Shown: positions 20,978 through 31,012, counted from the first letter of the stretch. The stretch is 64,000 bases of DNA from a bacterium (GCA_021787535.1 JAJYLR010000001.1:147648-211647); one strand, 5' to 3'. Program-made: numbers and translations. The notes: generated by a model not told the origin, from the sequence alone.

Positions 20978-21496
20978 TTAGGAACTTTGCATGCCGTGAT
21001 AGCCGTGTTGAAAGCCAAGCTTCAACATGACAGCTTTGGCGGCCGTCCTGGCTGGTCCCCGACACCACCATTGGATAGAGTTCTTATCGAACCCGATCTC
21101 TCTCAGTTTCATCTCTGGAGAGATGACAGTAAAGCCGTCCGCCCTGATCATTTTACTGACCATGGGAAGTTGCAGAAATGGCTGGGCAACCGGGACGACC
21201 TCGGTGATACCGTTTGGAATGAACAATTGGTCTCGGACAATCGGCCAAACTTCCTTTGAACCCAGGTAACTCCCATCTTCTGGTAATTCCACAACTAGAT
21301 CAGATGTCAGACCTACCCACTTGAGGGCAAGATCTACTTCCCATTGATTCCCGAATAGGAATTCAGTGTCAGGATTCTCTTCAGCAATCAATTTAATCCT
21401 GTAAGCTATTCGCTGATTACATGGGTTAGGTTCACTGGGCTCCAATGCAAATGAAAACCCGATAATACCTATCTTCTTCAGCCCCTTCTCCATCAC
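20978..21496 (-). CDS. hypothetical protein (GC-rich, minus strand)
   Basis: 172-aa ORF on opposite strand with markedly higher GC than flanks; bidirectional terminator downstream. Confidence 0.4.
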   Translation of the reverse strand: MMEKGLKKIGIIGFSFALEPSEPNPCNQRIAYRIKLIAEENPDTEFLFGNQWEVDLALKWVGLTSDLVVELPEDGSYLGSKEVWPIVRDQLFIPNGITEVVPVAQPFLQLPMVSKMIRADGFTVISPEMKLREIGFDKNSIQWWCRGPARTAAKAVMLKLGFQHGYHGMQSS

Positions 21497-21706
21497 TGCC
21501 TCCTTTCACGAAGGGTTTTTTGAATGAGCACCTGCTAGATTCAAATGTGCAGGATGTTCATTATAACTGTTTTAAACCAATTTGTCAATCATTTAAGCAT
21601 AAAAACATTGACTGAACGGCATAAAGGTGATAAGATATGATATTCGGTATTACCGTGCCAACTTAAAAATTAAATATTATTAGAGCACCACTTCCTGAAA
21701 GGAGGA

Positions 21707-22828
21707 GTGATGAAGGGCTTTCTTAAAAAGCTAGTGAGCCGTAAGGCAAAACTAGTGTATGTTAACTCATTTGCTGTTTATCGTTTCGCCGTCTCAGGGA
21801 TAATAGTTGCGGCGTGGTATTCAGGTGAATGGAATTGGGCTGTAGGACTGCTGTTGTCCGGAGTGCTGAGCGATTATATAGATGGATTCTTGGCACGTCT
21901 CTGGAAAGTGACCACGAAGTTCGGTTTTTGGTTTGACATGTTAAGCGATCGTTTCCTTCTCATGTCACCATTTATAGCCGAAACACTTCGCGGGAGATTA
22001 CCTTGGTATATTTTACCAGGTCTTGTCGTTTTGATAATCGTGACAGACATTTTGGCGATAAGCTCAAAAAATGTCAGGGCTCCTCAGGCGATTTACTGGT
22101 TTTCTTTGTTTGCCACTGTCTATGTACTGCTGACAACGGAGACTTCCTTCATCTATACATTACCTTGGCTTGTTTTGTGGGGTTTGATGTCGATGATCCC
22201 TGCCTGCGAACCCGCAAAAAGGAAGGAAGGCGCTCAAGCAGTAGAGGAAATACTGGGAGTCATTCCGGAGAAGTATCGTAACCAAATTCCAAACATGATG
22301 AGTTGGTTTCGGATCATTATTGCTCTTCCATGTTATTTGCTGGTAATGGGTGATCACTGGATCACGGCAAATATAGTTGTAACACTGGCATGGATAAGCG
22401 ATATGTATGACGGTGAGGTAGCAAGATACTTAGGTATAGCAAATCCCAAAAACCCAATAGATGTTGTGGGTGATGGAGTATTTGTAGCACCCCTGGTTTT
22501 TGCTCTTGCCAGAAAGGGTTTAATATCGTGGGGGCTTGTTGCTCTGGTTGTCGTTTTGTGGCTTGCTGCGATGATTATTCCTGAATACACAAAGGGGATT
22601 ATCAAGCAGATATTCATCCGAATATTGCCACTGATGTACATCATCTCAGCAACATATATTAGTTACACCTTTCTTAATCAGGTGGTTCCAACCGTATACT
22701 CCTTAATTATCATTGTTATGGCCGGAGCTATTGCAACAATACTGAAAAGAGAGAGGTTATATCAACTCATATGGCAGGGCAAACGCGCTCAGTACATTGA
22801 CCTGCCCGGTAACAAAAGAACTAATTAA
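21707..22828 (+). CDS. membrane protein with tandem CDP-alcohol phosphatidyltransferase domains
   Basis: two copies of D-G-x2-A-R...G-x3-D-x3-D motif (DYIDGFLARLW...GFWFDMLSD and DMYDGEVARYL...), multiple TM helices. Confidence 0.5.
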   Translation: MMKGFLKKLVSRKAKLVYVNSFAVYRFAVSGIIVAAWYSGEWNWAVGLLLSGVLSDYIDGFLARLWKVTTKFGFWFDMLSDRFLLMSPFIAETLRGRLPWYILPGLVVLIIVTDILAISSKNVRAPQAIYWFSLFATVYVLLTTETSFIYTLPWLVLWGLMSMIPACEPAKRKEGAQAVEEILGVIPEKYRNQIPNMMSWFRIIIALPCYLLVMGDHWITANIVVTLAWISDMYDGEVARYLGIANPKNPIDVVGDGVFVAPLVFALARKGLISWGLVALVVVLWLAAMIIPEYTKGIIKQIFIRILPLMYIISATYISYTFLNQVVPTVYSLIIIVMAGAIATILKRERLYQLIWQGKRAQYIDLPGNKRTN

Positions 22829-22943
22829 CTGCCCGCTAAAACGTTTCGGAAAAGATTCGGCTCGCATTAGCGGGTCTTTTCTTTTGGCTAAATTACTTTT
22901 ATGAAAGGGCAATCTGTGCTAGAATTTGATTAATTTTTATTGT

Positions 22944-23035
22944 GTCATCTCGAGCGAAGTCGAGGGATCCCTTAAATACAGAAAGAAAGGGATTTCTCCG
23001 CTTATCACTAGCGTGATGTCGGTCGAAATGACAAA
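22944..23035 (+). repeat. ~90-bp MITE-like element with TIRs TGTCATCTCGAGCG / CGGTCGAAATGACA
   Basis: terminal inverted repeats plus internal palindromes (CTCGAGCGAAGTCGAG, GGGATCCC). Confidence 0.6.
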
Positions 23036-23044
23036 GAAGGCAAA

Positions 23045-25957
23045 ATGAGTAACAAATATGATCATAAAAAAATAGAATCCAAGTGGCGCGATATTTGGGA
23101 GAAAGCCGGTCTTAACCGGACTGATTTAAAGTCAGTCAAACCCAAACACTACAATCTCGTCATGTTTCCGTATCCGAGCGCTGAGTATATCCATCTCGGC
23201 CATATTTACTCTTACTCCGGAGCTGATGTTTATGGGCGATACCAGAGATTGAAAGGCAAAAATGTCTTTGAGCCGATCGGTTTTGATTCATTTGGCCTGC
23301 CGGCTGAAAACTTTGCTATAAAAAAAGGCATTCATCCGGAAAAGGTGATTGATCATGCAATCGATCAATCTACGAGACAGCTGAAAGAAGCCGGCTTTAT
23401 GTTCGACTGGTTCCGGGAAGTGATCACTTCAAAGCCGGATTACTACAAATGGACTCAGTTGCTTTTCTTAAAACTATATGATCAAGGGTTGGCATATCGG
23501 AAAGAAGCGCCGGTGAATTGGTGCCCGAGCTGCAAGACGGTTTTGGCAAATGAACAGGTGAAAGATGGTTTGTGCGACCGTTGTGACACTGAGGTTGTAC
23601 AAAAGGAAATGAAGCAATGGTTTTTCAAAGTAACCGATTACGCCGAGAGATTGATAAAAGACTTGGACAAAGTTGACTGGCCTGAATCGTCGAAAATTAA
23701 ACAAAGGAACTGGATCGGCAGAAGTGAGGGTGTGGAGATGGATATGCAGATTACAGACTCTAAAGAAAAGTTTTCGGTATTTACCACTCGCATTGATACG
23801 GTTTACGGCATGACATATGTGGTGCTGGCACCGGAACATCCATTAGTTAATAAAATCACGACTGACAAACAGAAGAAAGAAGTTGAAAAGTACAAGATTC
23901 AGGCGCAGAAACAGACAGAGATCGAGAGGCAGTCGCTCGAAAAGGATAAAACAGGGGTATTTACAGGATCGTATGCTATAAATCCGTTTACCGGTGAGAA
24001 GGTGCCCATTTGGATAGCTGATTATGTACTTTTTGGTTATGGAACCGGTGCTGTGATGGCGGTACCGGCTCACGATGAGCGCGACTTCGAATTTGCCAAA
24101 AAGTACAAGCTTCCTATTATCCAGTCTATTGCGCCTCATAGTGTGGATACAAAAAATCCTCCGAGAAAAGGTAAAACAGATACTAGAAGAAAAGTAGTAC
24201 ATGTGATTTTGGAAAATGATAAGGGCGAGGTACTTACTTTAAATCTCAAGGGTCAGGAATGGGGTGATAATAAGCCCAAAACACTCATCATCGGCGGTAT
24301 AGAAGATAGGGAATCTCCGGAAGAAGCCGCCATGCGGGAGATCGAGGAAGAAACCGGTTACACAGATGTCCAGATTTCAGAGGTTTACCCGATTGAATTT
24401 CATGCTGAGTTTTTTGCCGCCCATAAAGATGTTAATCGTTATGTAGAAACAGTGGGTGTTTTCTGTCAACTGAAGTCTGAGAAAAAAGTTCCTGTCAGTG
24501 AAAATGAAAAGAAGCTGCATGAAATTATCTGGGTTAAGAAAAAAAATCTTCTTTCTTCCGTAACCATCCCTGACGATATTTTTCTAGCGAAAGCTTATGT
24601 AGAAAAAATTGGCAGCTACACTGAATATGGTGTACTTATCAATTCTGGCAAGTTCACCGGCCTTATCTACGAAGAAGCTAAAAAGAAAATGGCTGATTGG
24701 CTGGAGAAGAAAGGCATTGGCTCTCGCAAAATTAATTACCGTCTTCATGATTGGTCTATTGGACGACAAAGATACTGGGGAGCGCCGATACCGATCATTC
24801 ATTGCGACAAATGCGGGGTAGTGCCGGTTCCGGAGAAAGATTTGCCGGTTAAACTGCCGGAAAATATCAAAGATTTCCGGCCGAAAGGGACGGGGAAAGG
24901 TCCTTTGGCTAGCGTATCTGAATTTGTAAACGTAAAATGTCCAAGATGCGGAGGTAAAGCAGAGCGAGAAACTGATACCATGGATACTTTTGTCGACTCC
25001 AGCTTTTATTTCCTTCGTTATCCGAGTACGGGGGATGATACTCAAATGATGGAGCCAAAGGTTACCAAAAAATGGCTGCCTGTTGATATGTATGTCGGTG
25101 GTGCTGAACATGTAACCATGCATTTGCTTTATGCCAGATTTATCACGAAGGCCTTACATGATGCCAAACTGATTACTTTTGATGAGCCATTTATGAAGCT
25201 TCGCCATCAGGGATATATTTTGGGTCCGGATGGTAAAAAGATGTCTAAGTCAAAGGGCAATGTTGTTAATCCGGACGGCGTTGTCAAAGAGCATGGAGCG
25301 GACGCTTTCAGAACCTACATACTCTTTATGGCTCGGTTTGAAGACGGCGGTCCGTGGAACCCCAAAGGTTTAGTCGGTGTCAGCCGATTTCTGGAAAAGA
25401 TTTGGAGAATTGGAATTGGGTTGGATTCCCGTCTGCACGGGAATGACAATAAGGGTAATTGGCCGGACGTGTCTAGCACAGAGGTGCAGGCAAAACTTGC
25501 CAGAACTATCAAAAAGGTTGGGGAAGATATTGAGAGCTTTAAATTTAATACAGCCGTAGCTTCGCTTATGACGCTTATGAATGGCATCTCAGTTGAGAAA
25601 AGACCAGATGAAGATTGGATTAGTAAAGGAGACTTTGAAAAACTTCTGATTATTCTTGCGCCGTTTGCGCCATTTATAACCGAAGAACTTTGGGAAAAGC
25701 TTGGTAACAAGGATAGTATTCATGTAGAGAAGTGGCCGGCTTATGATGAAAAACTGATCCAGGAAGAGGCGGTGACAATCGCTGTACAGGTTAACGGCAA
25801 AGTCCGCGATCAGCTGGTTGTGAATGTCGATAGTGCAAAAGACGAAGTTTTTGAACTGGCAAAGGCAAGTGAGAAGGTGCAGAAGTATTTGTTAGATAAA
25901 GAGGTTAAAAAGGTTATCTATATCGAAGGTAAGCTACTTAGTCTTGTCGTGAACTAG
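23045..25957 (+). CDS. leuS: leucyl-tRNA synthetase with internal Nudix-domain insertion
   Basis: HIGH (HLGH), TTRIDT, AVPAHDERD, KMSKS; ~165-aa insertion (aa ~363-528) containing perfect Nudix box GGIEDRESPEEAAMREIEEETGY; second small in-frame palindromic-repeat insertion at 25423-25448. Confidence 0.9.
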   Translation: MSNKYDHKKIESKWRDIWEKAGLNRTDLKSVKPKHYNLVMFPYPSAEYIHLGHIYSYSGADVYGRYQRLKGKNVFEPIGFDSFGLPAENFAIKKGIHPEKVIDHAIDQSTRQLKEAGFMFDWFREVITSKPDYYKWTQLLFLKLYDQGLAYRKEAPVNWCPSCKTVLANEQVKDGLCDRCDTEVVQKEMKQWFFKVTDYAERLIKDLDKVDWPESSKIKQRNWIGRSEGVEMDMQITDSKEKFSVFTTRIDTVYGMTYVVLAPEHPLVNKITTDKQKKEVEKYKIQAQKQTEIERQSLEKDKTGVFTGSYAINPFTGEKVPIWIADYVLFGYGTGAVMAVPAHDERDFEFAKKYKLPIIQSIAPHSVDTKNPPRKGKTDTRRKVVHVILENDKGEVLTLNLKGQEWGDNKPKTLIIGGIEDRESPEEAAMREIEEETGYTDVQISEVYPIEFHAEFFAAHKDVNRYVETVGVFCQLKSEKKVPVSENEKKLHEIIWVKKKNLLSSVTIPDDIFLAKAYVEKIGSYTEYGVLINSGKFTGLIYEEAKKKMADWLEKKGIGSRKINYRLHDWSIGRQRYWGAPIPIIHCDKCGVVPVPEKDLPVKLPENIKDFRPKGTGKGPLASVSEFVNVKCPRCGGKAERETDTMDTFVDSSFYFLRYPSTGDDTQMMEPKVTKKWLPVDMYVGGAEHVTMHLLYARFITKALHDAKLITFDEPFMKLRHQGYILGPDGKKMSKSKGNVVNPDGVVKEHGADAFRTYILFMARFEDGGPWNPKGLVGVSRFLEKIWRIGIGLDSRLHGNDNKGNWPDVSSTEVQAKLARTIKKVGEDIESFKFNTAVASLMTLMNGISVEKRPDEDWISKGDFEKLLIILAPFAPFITEELWEKLGNKDSIHVEKWPAYDEKLIQEEAVTIAVQVNGKVRDQLVVNVDSAKDEVFELAKASEKVQKYLLDKEVKKVIYIEGKLLSLVVN
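25411..25448 (+). repeat. octamer (GAATTGGAATTGGG) plus hairpin repeat GGATTCCCGTCTGCACGGGAATGACA inserted in frame in leuS (encodes ...LDSRLHGNDNK)
   Basis: same family as intergenic copies. Confidence 0.75.
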
Positions 25958-25992
25958 ATTTTCTGCTATAATTTCCTTTGTGTCCGCCTCAT

Positions 25993-26066
25993 TGTCATTC
26001 TCGGGCTTGACCCGGGAATCTATGAGTTAAATTTAAAAAATAGATCCTGTTTTCACAGGAATGACA
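25993..26066 (-). repeat. reverse-orientation hairpin repeat (TGTCATTCTCGGGCTTGACCCGGGAATC) plus half-copy ending GGAATGACA that supplies yceD ATG
   Basis: family consensus. Confidence 0.7.
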
Positions 26067-26525
26067 GAAAAAGTAAATTTGAAAATGACCAAAAAACCTT
26101 CAGATAACATAGATAATTCGGTTTATATTAACGTTAAAGATTTTCTGATCAAAGGGCCAGTAGGCGATACGGAAACGATTCCAATTCATGAAACATTCGA
26201 AAAATCGCTCGATCCGGAAAATACGCTTAGGTCTTTCGAAGGCAGTATCAAACTGACTCTGCTTGAGGAAGAGATTTTAGCAGAGTTCAGCGTCGAATAT
26301 TTAGCAAAAACGATTTGTGTCAGATGTTTGAAAAGGTTTGATCGAGAAGGCAGTCTGGCATTTGAAAGAGTATACTTGCTTGGTAGAAGAACGGCTGCGG
26401 ACGGCGAACTGATTGTCGGCAAGGATTTCCAAATTGAAGTTGGTGGGCCGATACTCGAAGAAATTAACTTCGATATACCGATGAAACCATTATGTAAAAC
26501 AGATTGTCAAGGATTTAACAAATAA
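26061..26525 (+). CDS. yceD: YceD/DUF177-family protein
   Basis: position upstream of rpmF, C-terminal CxxC...C..C motif (ICVRCLKRF...LCKTDCQGF); start ATG lies inside repeat terminus GAATGACA (alt. start 26085). Confidence 0.6.
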   Translation: MTEKVNLKMTKKPSDNIDNSVYINVKDFLIKGPVGDTETIPIHETFEKSLDPENTLRSFEGSIKLTLLEEEILAEFSVEYLAKTICVRCLKRFDREGSLAFERVYLLGRRTAADGELIVGKDFQIEVGGPILEEINFDIPMKPLCKTDCQGFNK

Positions 26526-26556
26526 TAATTTAAAATATTTGACCTGAAAGGAAAAA

Positions 26557-26799
26557 ATGGCAGTACCAAAGAAAAAAACCTCATATAGAAGAACCAGACA
26601 AAGGAGAACTCATCATGGACTTAGTGTTCCGACACTTGTGGCGTGTGCAAAGTGCGGAGAAAAAAACTTGCCTCATAGAGCATGTGCGAACTGCGGCTTT
26701 TATGGCGGGAAGAAAGTATTGGATACCCAATCGAAACTTGCCAAGAAGCTAAAAAAGAAGGAAAATGGAGAGAAGAAACAAGATAGCAAGGAACAATGA
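26557..26799 (+). CDS. rpmF: 50S ribosomal protein L32 with Lys-rich C-terminal extension
   Basis: MAVPKKKTSYRRTRQRRTHH canonical L32 N-terminus plus Cys motif. Confidence 0.9.
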   Translation: MAVPKKKTSYRRTRQRRTHHGLSVPTLVACAKCGEKNLPHRACANCGFYGGKKVLDTQSKLAKKLKKKENGEKKQDSKEQ

Positions 26800-26907
26800 C
26801 CAAACGAATTCCAATTTCCAAATTCAACACGTTTCTAATTTGAATATTGAGATTTGTTTGTATCTTGCATCTTGGTGATTGTATCTTTTAAAACGGGAGT
26901 TTAAACA

Positions 26908-27456
26908 TTGGCATCAAACAGGCACCTATCACGAATAATCGCTCTCCAATCTCTCTTTGAGATAGCTTTTTGCGATTTTAATATGGAAGGCAAACTAAGT
27001 AAAACCGAGAAAACAAAAAAGCTTGAGAGGATCATTACAAGGAATGTCGGAGAGTTTGCTTCCGGAGAGCAAAATAAAAAGTTTGCTCTCAATATTGCCT
27101 CTGGCGTAGTAAAAAACGAGGATCAGATCGATGCCGTGATCACACCGGCTGCTCCGGAGTGGCCGATCAAGCAGATTGCTCTTGTAGATCTGACTATTTT
27201 GCGTATGGCTGTTTATGAACTGCTCTTTGCCGGAGAAGAAGTACCGCCTAAAGTTGCCATTAACGAAGCAGTTGAACTGGCAAAAGCGTTTGGCGGACCC
27301 AGATCTTCTAAGTTTGTCAACGGCGTCTTAGGCACTATTTATAGGGCAAGTGACAGGTATAATCCGGAGGATGATAAGAAGAAAGCTGGAGATGCGGGAA
27401 TTGAAGGAAATGTTGGAAATGCAAAGAAAGAGAAAAACAACAATTCCAACAAGTGA
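26908..27456 (+). CDS. nusB: transcription antitermination factor NusB (with charged C-terminal tail)
   Basis: RIIALQSLFEIAF... and DLTILRMAVYELLF...NEAVELAKAFG NusB motifs; TTG start. Confidence 0.7.
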   Translation: MASNRHLSRIIALQSLFEIAFCDFNMEGKLSKTEKTKKLERIITRNVGEFASGEQNKKFALNIASGVVKNEDQIDAVITPAAPEWPIKQIALVDLTILRMAVYELLFAGEEVPPKVAINEAVELAKAFGGPRSSKFVNGVLGTIYRASDRYNPEDDKKKAGDAGIEGNVGNAKKEKNNNSNK

Positions 27457-27492
27457 AACGATCCCACAATTTCAACACTATAACAATTAACA

Positions 27493-28173
27493 ATGAAAGA
27501 TTTCAAAGCATTACAGAAAAAAATCGGAACAGACTTTAAAGATGAACAACTTTTAATCACAGCATTTGTACACCGTTCATACTTAAACGAAAACTCTGAT
27601 TTCAAGGAACATAACGAACGTCTCGAATTCTTGGGAGACGCAGTCTTGGAGCTTGTGTCCACAGATTACTTGTATCAAAACTATCCGAATCCCGAAGGAG
27701 AACTCACGAGCTGGAGAAGCGCGCTGGTTAAAACTGAAACTATTTCAGATGCGGCAAAATCCCTGGGTTTTGAAGATTATCTTTTTATGTCGCGAGGTGA
27801 ATCTAAGAGTAAAGGCAGGGCGCGCCAACTCATTCTAGCCAATAGTTTCGAAGCGGTTATCGGTGCTATTTATCTCGATCAGGGCTATGATGCAGCTAAA
27901 GAATTTATTTCCAAAAACCTTTTAAAGATATTGCCGGAGATTTTGGAGAAAAAACTCTACGTCGATCCGAAAAGTCAGTTGCAAGAGTTGGCTCAAAGGA
28001 AAGAAAGCATTACTCCTAAATATGAAGTTCTGGAAGAAAGCGGTCCTGACCATGCGCGAATATTTAAAATTGGCGTATTTTTAGAAAAAAGAAAAATCGG
28101 TGAAGGCGAAGGGATGTCGAAGCAGCTAGCCCAACAAAATGCCGCCGAAAACGCTCTCAAGAGTTATAAATAA
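27493..28173 (+). CDS. rnc: ribonuclease III
   Basis: RNase III signature ERLEFLGDAVLELV, C-terminal dsRBD. Confidence 0.9.
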   Translation: MKDFKALQKKIGTDFKDEQLLITAFVHRSYLNENSDFKEHNERLEFLGDAVLELVSTDYLYQNYPNPEGELTSWRSALVKTETISDAAKSLGFEDYLFMSRGESKSKGRARQLILANSFEAVIGAIYLDQGYDAAKEFISKNLLKILPEILEKKLYVDPKSQLQELAQRKESITPKYEVLEESGPDHARIFKIGVFLEKRKIGEGEGMSKQLAQQNAAENALKSYK

Positions 28174-28227
28174 TTTCCGGTTTATGATCCTTGTGCTACA
28201 ATAAGTTAGTTAAGTAGGGCATAAAAA

Positions 28228-28290
28228 TGTCATCCTGAACTTAATTCAGGATCCAGATCGTATAGATTCCGGATCAAGTCCAGAATGACA
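28228..28290 (+). repeat. composite long-form repeat copy 2
   Basis: matches 766-830. Confidence 0.85.
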
Positions 28291-28309
28291 AGTTAATTGT
28301 GAGGGGATT

Positions 28310-30838
28310 TTGTATTTAAAAAATATCAATGTTTCAGGTTTTAAATCTTTCGGAGGGAAGAATGTTTTGGATTTTCCCGAGGTTGGAAACGCTAAGCAGA
28401 AAAGTTTTGCCGCGGTTGTCGGACCGAATGGAAGCGGAAAAAGTAACATTGCTGACGCTATCCGTTGGGTTTTGGGCGAACAATCCTCAAAACTCTTAAG
28501 AGTGAAAAAGGGCGAGGATGTCATATTCTTCGGCAGCACCAAAAAAGGCCGCGGATCTTTTTCTGAGATTTCCATGACGCTTGATAATTCTGATAAGTCG
28601 GCTGAGATTGACTTTTCAGAAATCGAAGTAGCTCGCAGGTTGTATCGAAACGGCGACAATGACTATTTTATAAATCGCAAAAAAGTCAGATTACTCGACG
28701 TACAGGAACTGCTTGCAAAATGCGGAGTAGGAAGGTCTACTTACACAGTTATCGGTCAGGGTATGGTCGACTCTCTGCTTTTTTATGGACCGGCGGAGAG
28801 GAAGGTGCTGTTCGAGGAGGCATCCGGTGTGAAGCAGTACGAGATTAAGCGCGCCGAATCTCTTCGCAAATTGGATTCCACAGACAAAAACATTATTCGC
28901 ATCAAGGATCTTTTGTTTGAGCTAGAGCCACGCCTTCGATCGGCTGAGCGCAACTTCAAAAAATACCAGAAAAAGCAGGATATAGAGAAGGAGCTGGATG
29001 AGCTGAGCCGCAAATATTATTCCGGCGTACTTTCTCAAATTCAATCCAAGAAAGAAAAACTAGAAAAAGAACTGGCAGAATTCAAGAAGAAAGAATCCGG
29101 CTTGCAGTCAGACATTACCGTATTGGAAGCAAAAATCGCCAAAGGTCTGAAGGCCGAGGGTTCTGACAAAAAAGAAAAAGAGCTTCGGGTAAGTCTAGAA
29201 AAAATTTCAAGTCAAAAAGATGAGCTAGCCAGAAAGCTTTACCGGATACAAGTGGAAGATCAGGCGACTGAAGCGGTATTTGCCAAAGAAAAACAAGGGC
29301 TTGAAAGCGAAGAGGCAAGGATTACCCGTGAAATTGAAGGGTTGGAAGAGAAAATTACCAGGTTAAAGGGAGAGAGTAGTGAAAATCAGACTCGGCTTGA
29401 AAGCGCCAAAAAAGAACTTGCCGAGCTCGATAAAAGGATTGTCTTTTCAAACAATACCTTGGCAAGAATCCAGAGAGAAAGCCTAACTTTAACCAAGGAT
29501 GACATTCGGAAAAAGATAGAGGAGATTTATAAAAACTACTCACTAGTGGTGGCGAAAATGAATTTGGTTCAAGACTTGAAAAGTTTTGGTAAGCTGAAGC
29601 GGGAAGCGGAAGATATAGCCAATATTTTAAATACATTGATCGGTGACATTAAAAAAAGCCAGAACTCAGATACTAGTTTACTCGAAAGCAAACAAAGGGA
29701 AATAAAAGGGCTGGTTCAGAACAAGGAGAAAATACTCGGCATCGTGCAGGACTTAAGGGTCAGATCTATTTCACGGGAGGATATTTTAAAAAATTCTGAA
29801 GGCCAAGCTGAAAATTTAAAGAAAAGATTAGAAGATATTAAAGCAAAACTTGGCAGTTTGAAAGAGCCGGGCCAGAAGGATTCTAAAAATATTGAGAAGC
29901 TGAATAATGAAAAAGCAAATCTGGAGAAGGAAATATCTGAGCTCAAAGTGAAGCTGAAAGAGCTGGAAGCAAAAAGCACCTCCGGCGATTACACAAAGAT
30001 TTTGGATGACGAGAAGGCAAAAAGGCGAGACATTTCTGATCTTCAAGAAAAGATCGGCGCTATCAATATCGATCTTGCAAGAGTTGAGACGCGGGAAGAA
30101 GACTTGAAAGATGAAATTCACGAATTTCTGGGGGCAGAATTCTACAAGGGTCTGACCCTTGCAAAGGACGGACCTTTGCAAGGTGAAAATGTTGACCATC
30201 TGATGCCGAAAATCCAGCGCCTTAGAAAGGACATGTATGCGCTTGGCGAAATAGACCAGTTTGTGGGGGAAGAGTTTGAAGAGCTGGAAGCGAGGGTTGG
30301 CAGCTTGAAGGAGCAGTATGAAGATCTGGAAAAGGCAAAGAAAGATATCTTGAAAGTTATAGGAGAGTTAGACGGGCGTATCAAGACGCAGTTTAAAACT
30401 ACATTTATCCGGATTTCCGAGGAGTTTACCAAATATTTTAAGATACTTTTTGGCGGGGGCAATGCTACCTTGAATTTAGAGACAGATGAGGAGGGAAACT
30501 TCGGCGTAGAAATAACGGCCACGCCGCCGGGCAAGAAAAACCAATCTCTAAATTCGTTATCCGGCGGGGAAAGGGCTCTGACCTCGATCGCACTTCTTTT
30601 TGCCATATTATCCGTCAACCCGAGCCCGTTTTGCGTGCTTGATGAGGTGGATGCCTCGCTTGATGAAACAAATACCGAGCGATTTTTGGAAATTTTAAAA
30701 ACTCTGTCTCACAAAACCCAATTTATCGTGGTTACCCACAACCGCGAAACTATGAAGAAAGCCGATGTTATCTATGGCGTCTCCATGGACGACAACCACG
30801 TCTCGCAAGTCTACTCGCTGAAACTGATGGAGGTTTAG
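28310..30838 (+). CDS. smc: SMC-family chromosome segregation ATPase (short form)
   Basis: Walker A GPNGSGKSN at N-terminus, long coiled coil, C-terminal LSGGERALTSIALLFAIL signature and Walker B VLDEVDASLD; TTG start. Confidence 0.75.
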   Translation: MYLKNINVSGFKSFGGKNVLDFPEVGNAKQKSFAAVVGPNGSGKSNIADAIRWVLGEQSSKLLRVKKGEDVIFFGSTKKGRGSFSEISMTLDNSDKSAEIDFSEIEVARRLYRNGDNDYFINRKKVRLLDVQELLAKCGVGRSTYTVIGQGMVDSLLFYGPAERKVLFEEASGVKQYEIKRAESLRKLDSTDKNIIRIKDLLFELEPRLRSAERNFKKYQKKQDIEKELDELSRKYYSGVLSQIQSKKEKLEKELAEFKKKESGLQSDITVLEAKIAKGLKAEGSDKKEKELRVSLEKISSQKDELARKLYRIQVEDQATEAVFAKEKQGLESEEARITREIEGLEEKITRLKGESSENQTRLESAKKELAELDKRIVFSNNTLARIQRESLTLTKDDIRKKIEEIYKNYSLVVAKMNLVQDLKSFGKLKREAEDIANILNTLIGDIKKSQNSDTSLLESKQREIKGLVQNKEKILGIVQDLRVRSISREDILKNSEGQAENLKKRLEDIKAKLGSLKEPGQKDSKNIEKLNNEKANLEKEISELKVKLKELEAKSTSGDYTKILDDEKAKRRDISDLQEKIGAINIDLARVETREEDLKDEIHEFLGAEFYKGLTLAKDGPLQGENVDHLMPKIQRLRKDMYALGEIDQFVGEEFEELEARVGSLKEQYEDLEKAKKDILKVIGELDGRIKTQFKTTFIRISEEFTKYFKILFGGGNATLNLETDEEGNFGVEITATPPGKKNQSLNSLSGGERALTSIALLFAILSVNPSPFCVLDEVDASLDETNTERFLEILKTLSHKTQFIVVTHNRETMKKADVIYGVSMDDNHVSQVYSLKLMEV

Positions 30839-30864
30839 AGAACTTAATAAATACCAAGAAATGA

Positions 30865-30893
30865 TTGACAAAACTCATCTAATATGGTAATAT
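30865..30893 (+). promoter_or_regulatory. consensus-like promoter TTGACA-17-TAATAT upstream of DEAH helicase gene
   Basis: read from sequence. Confidence 0.5.
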
Positions 30894-31012
30894 AAAAACT
30901 ATTACATTAAACGTAAAGCAACTTGAAAACGTAATACCTAACACTGTATTCCAGGATATAGTCCTGTCTTAAACTCAATATTTTCTGTTAAAGCGAGTAT
31001 GGAGGTGGGAAG

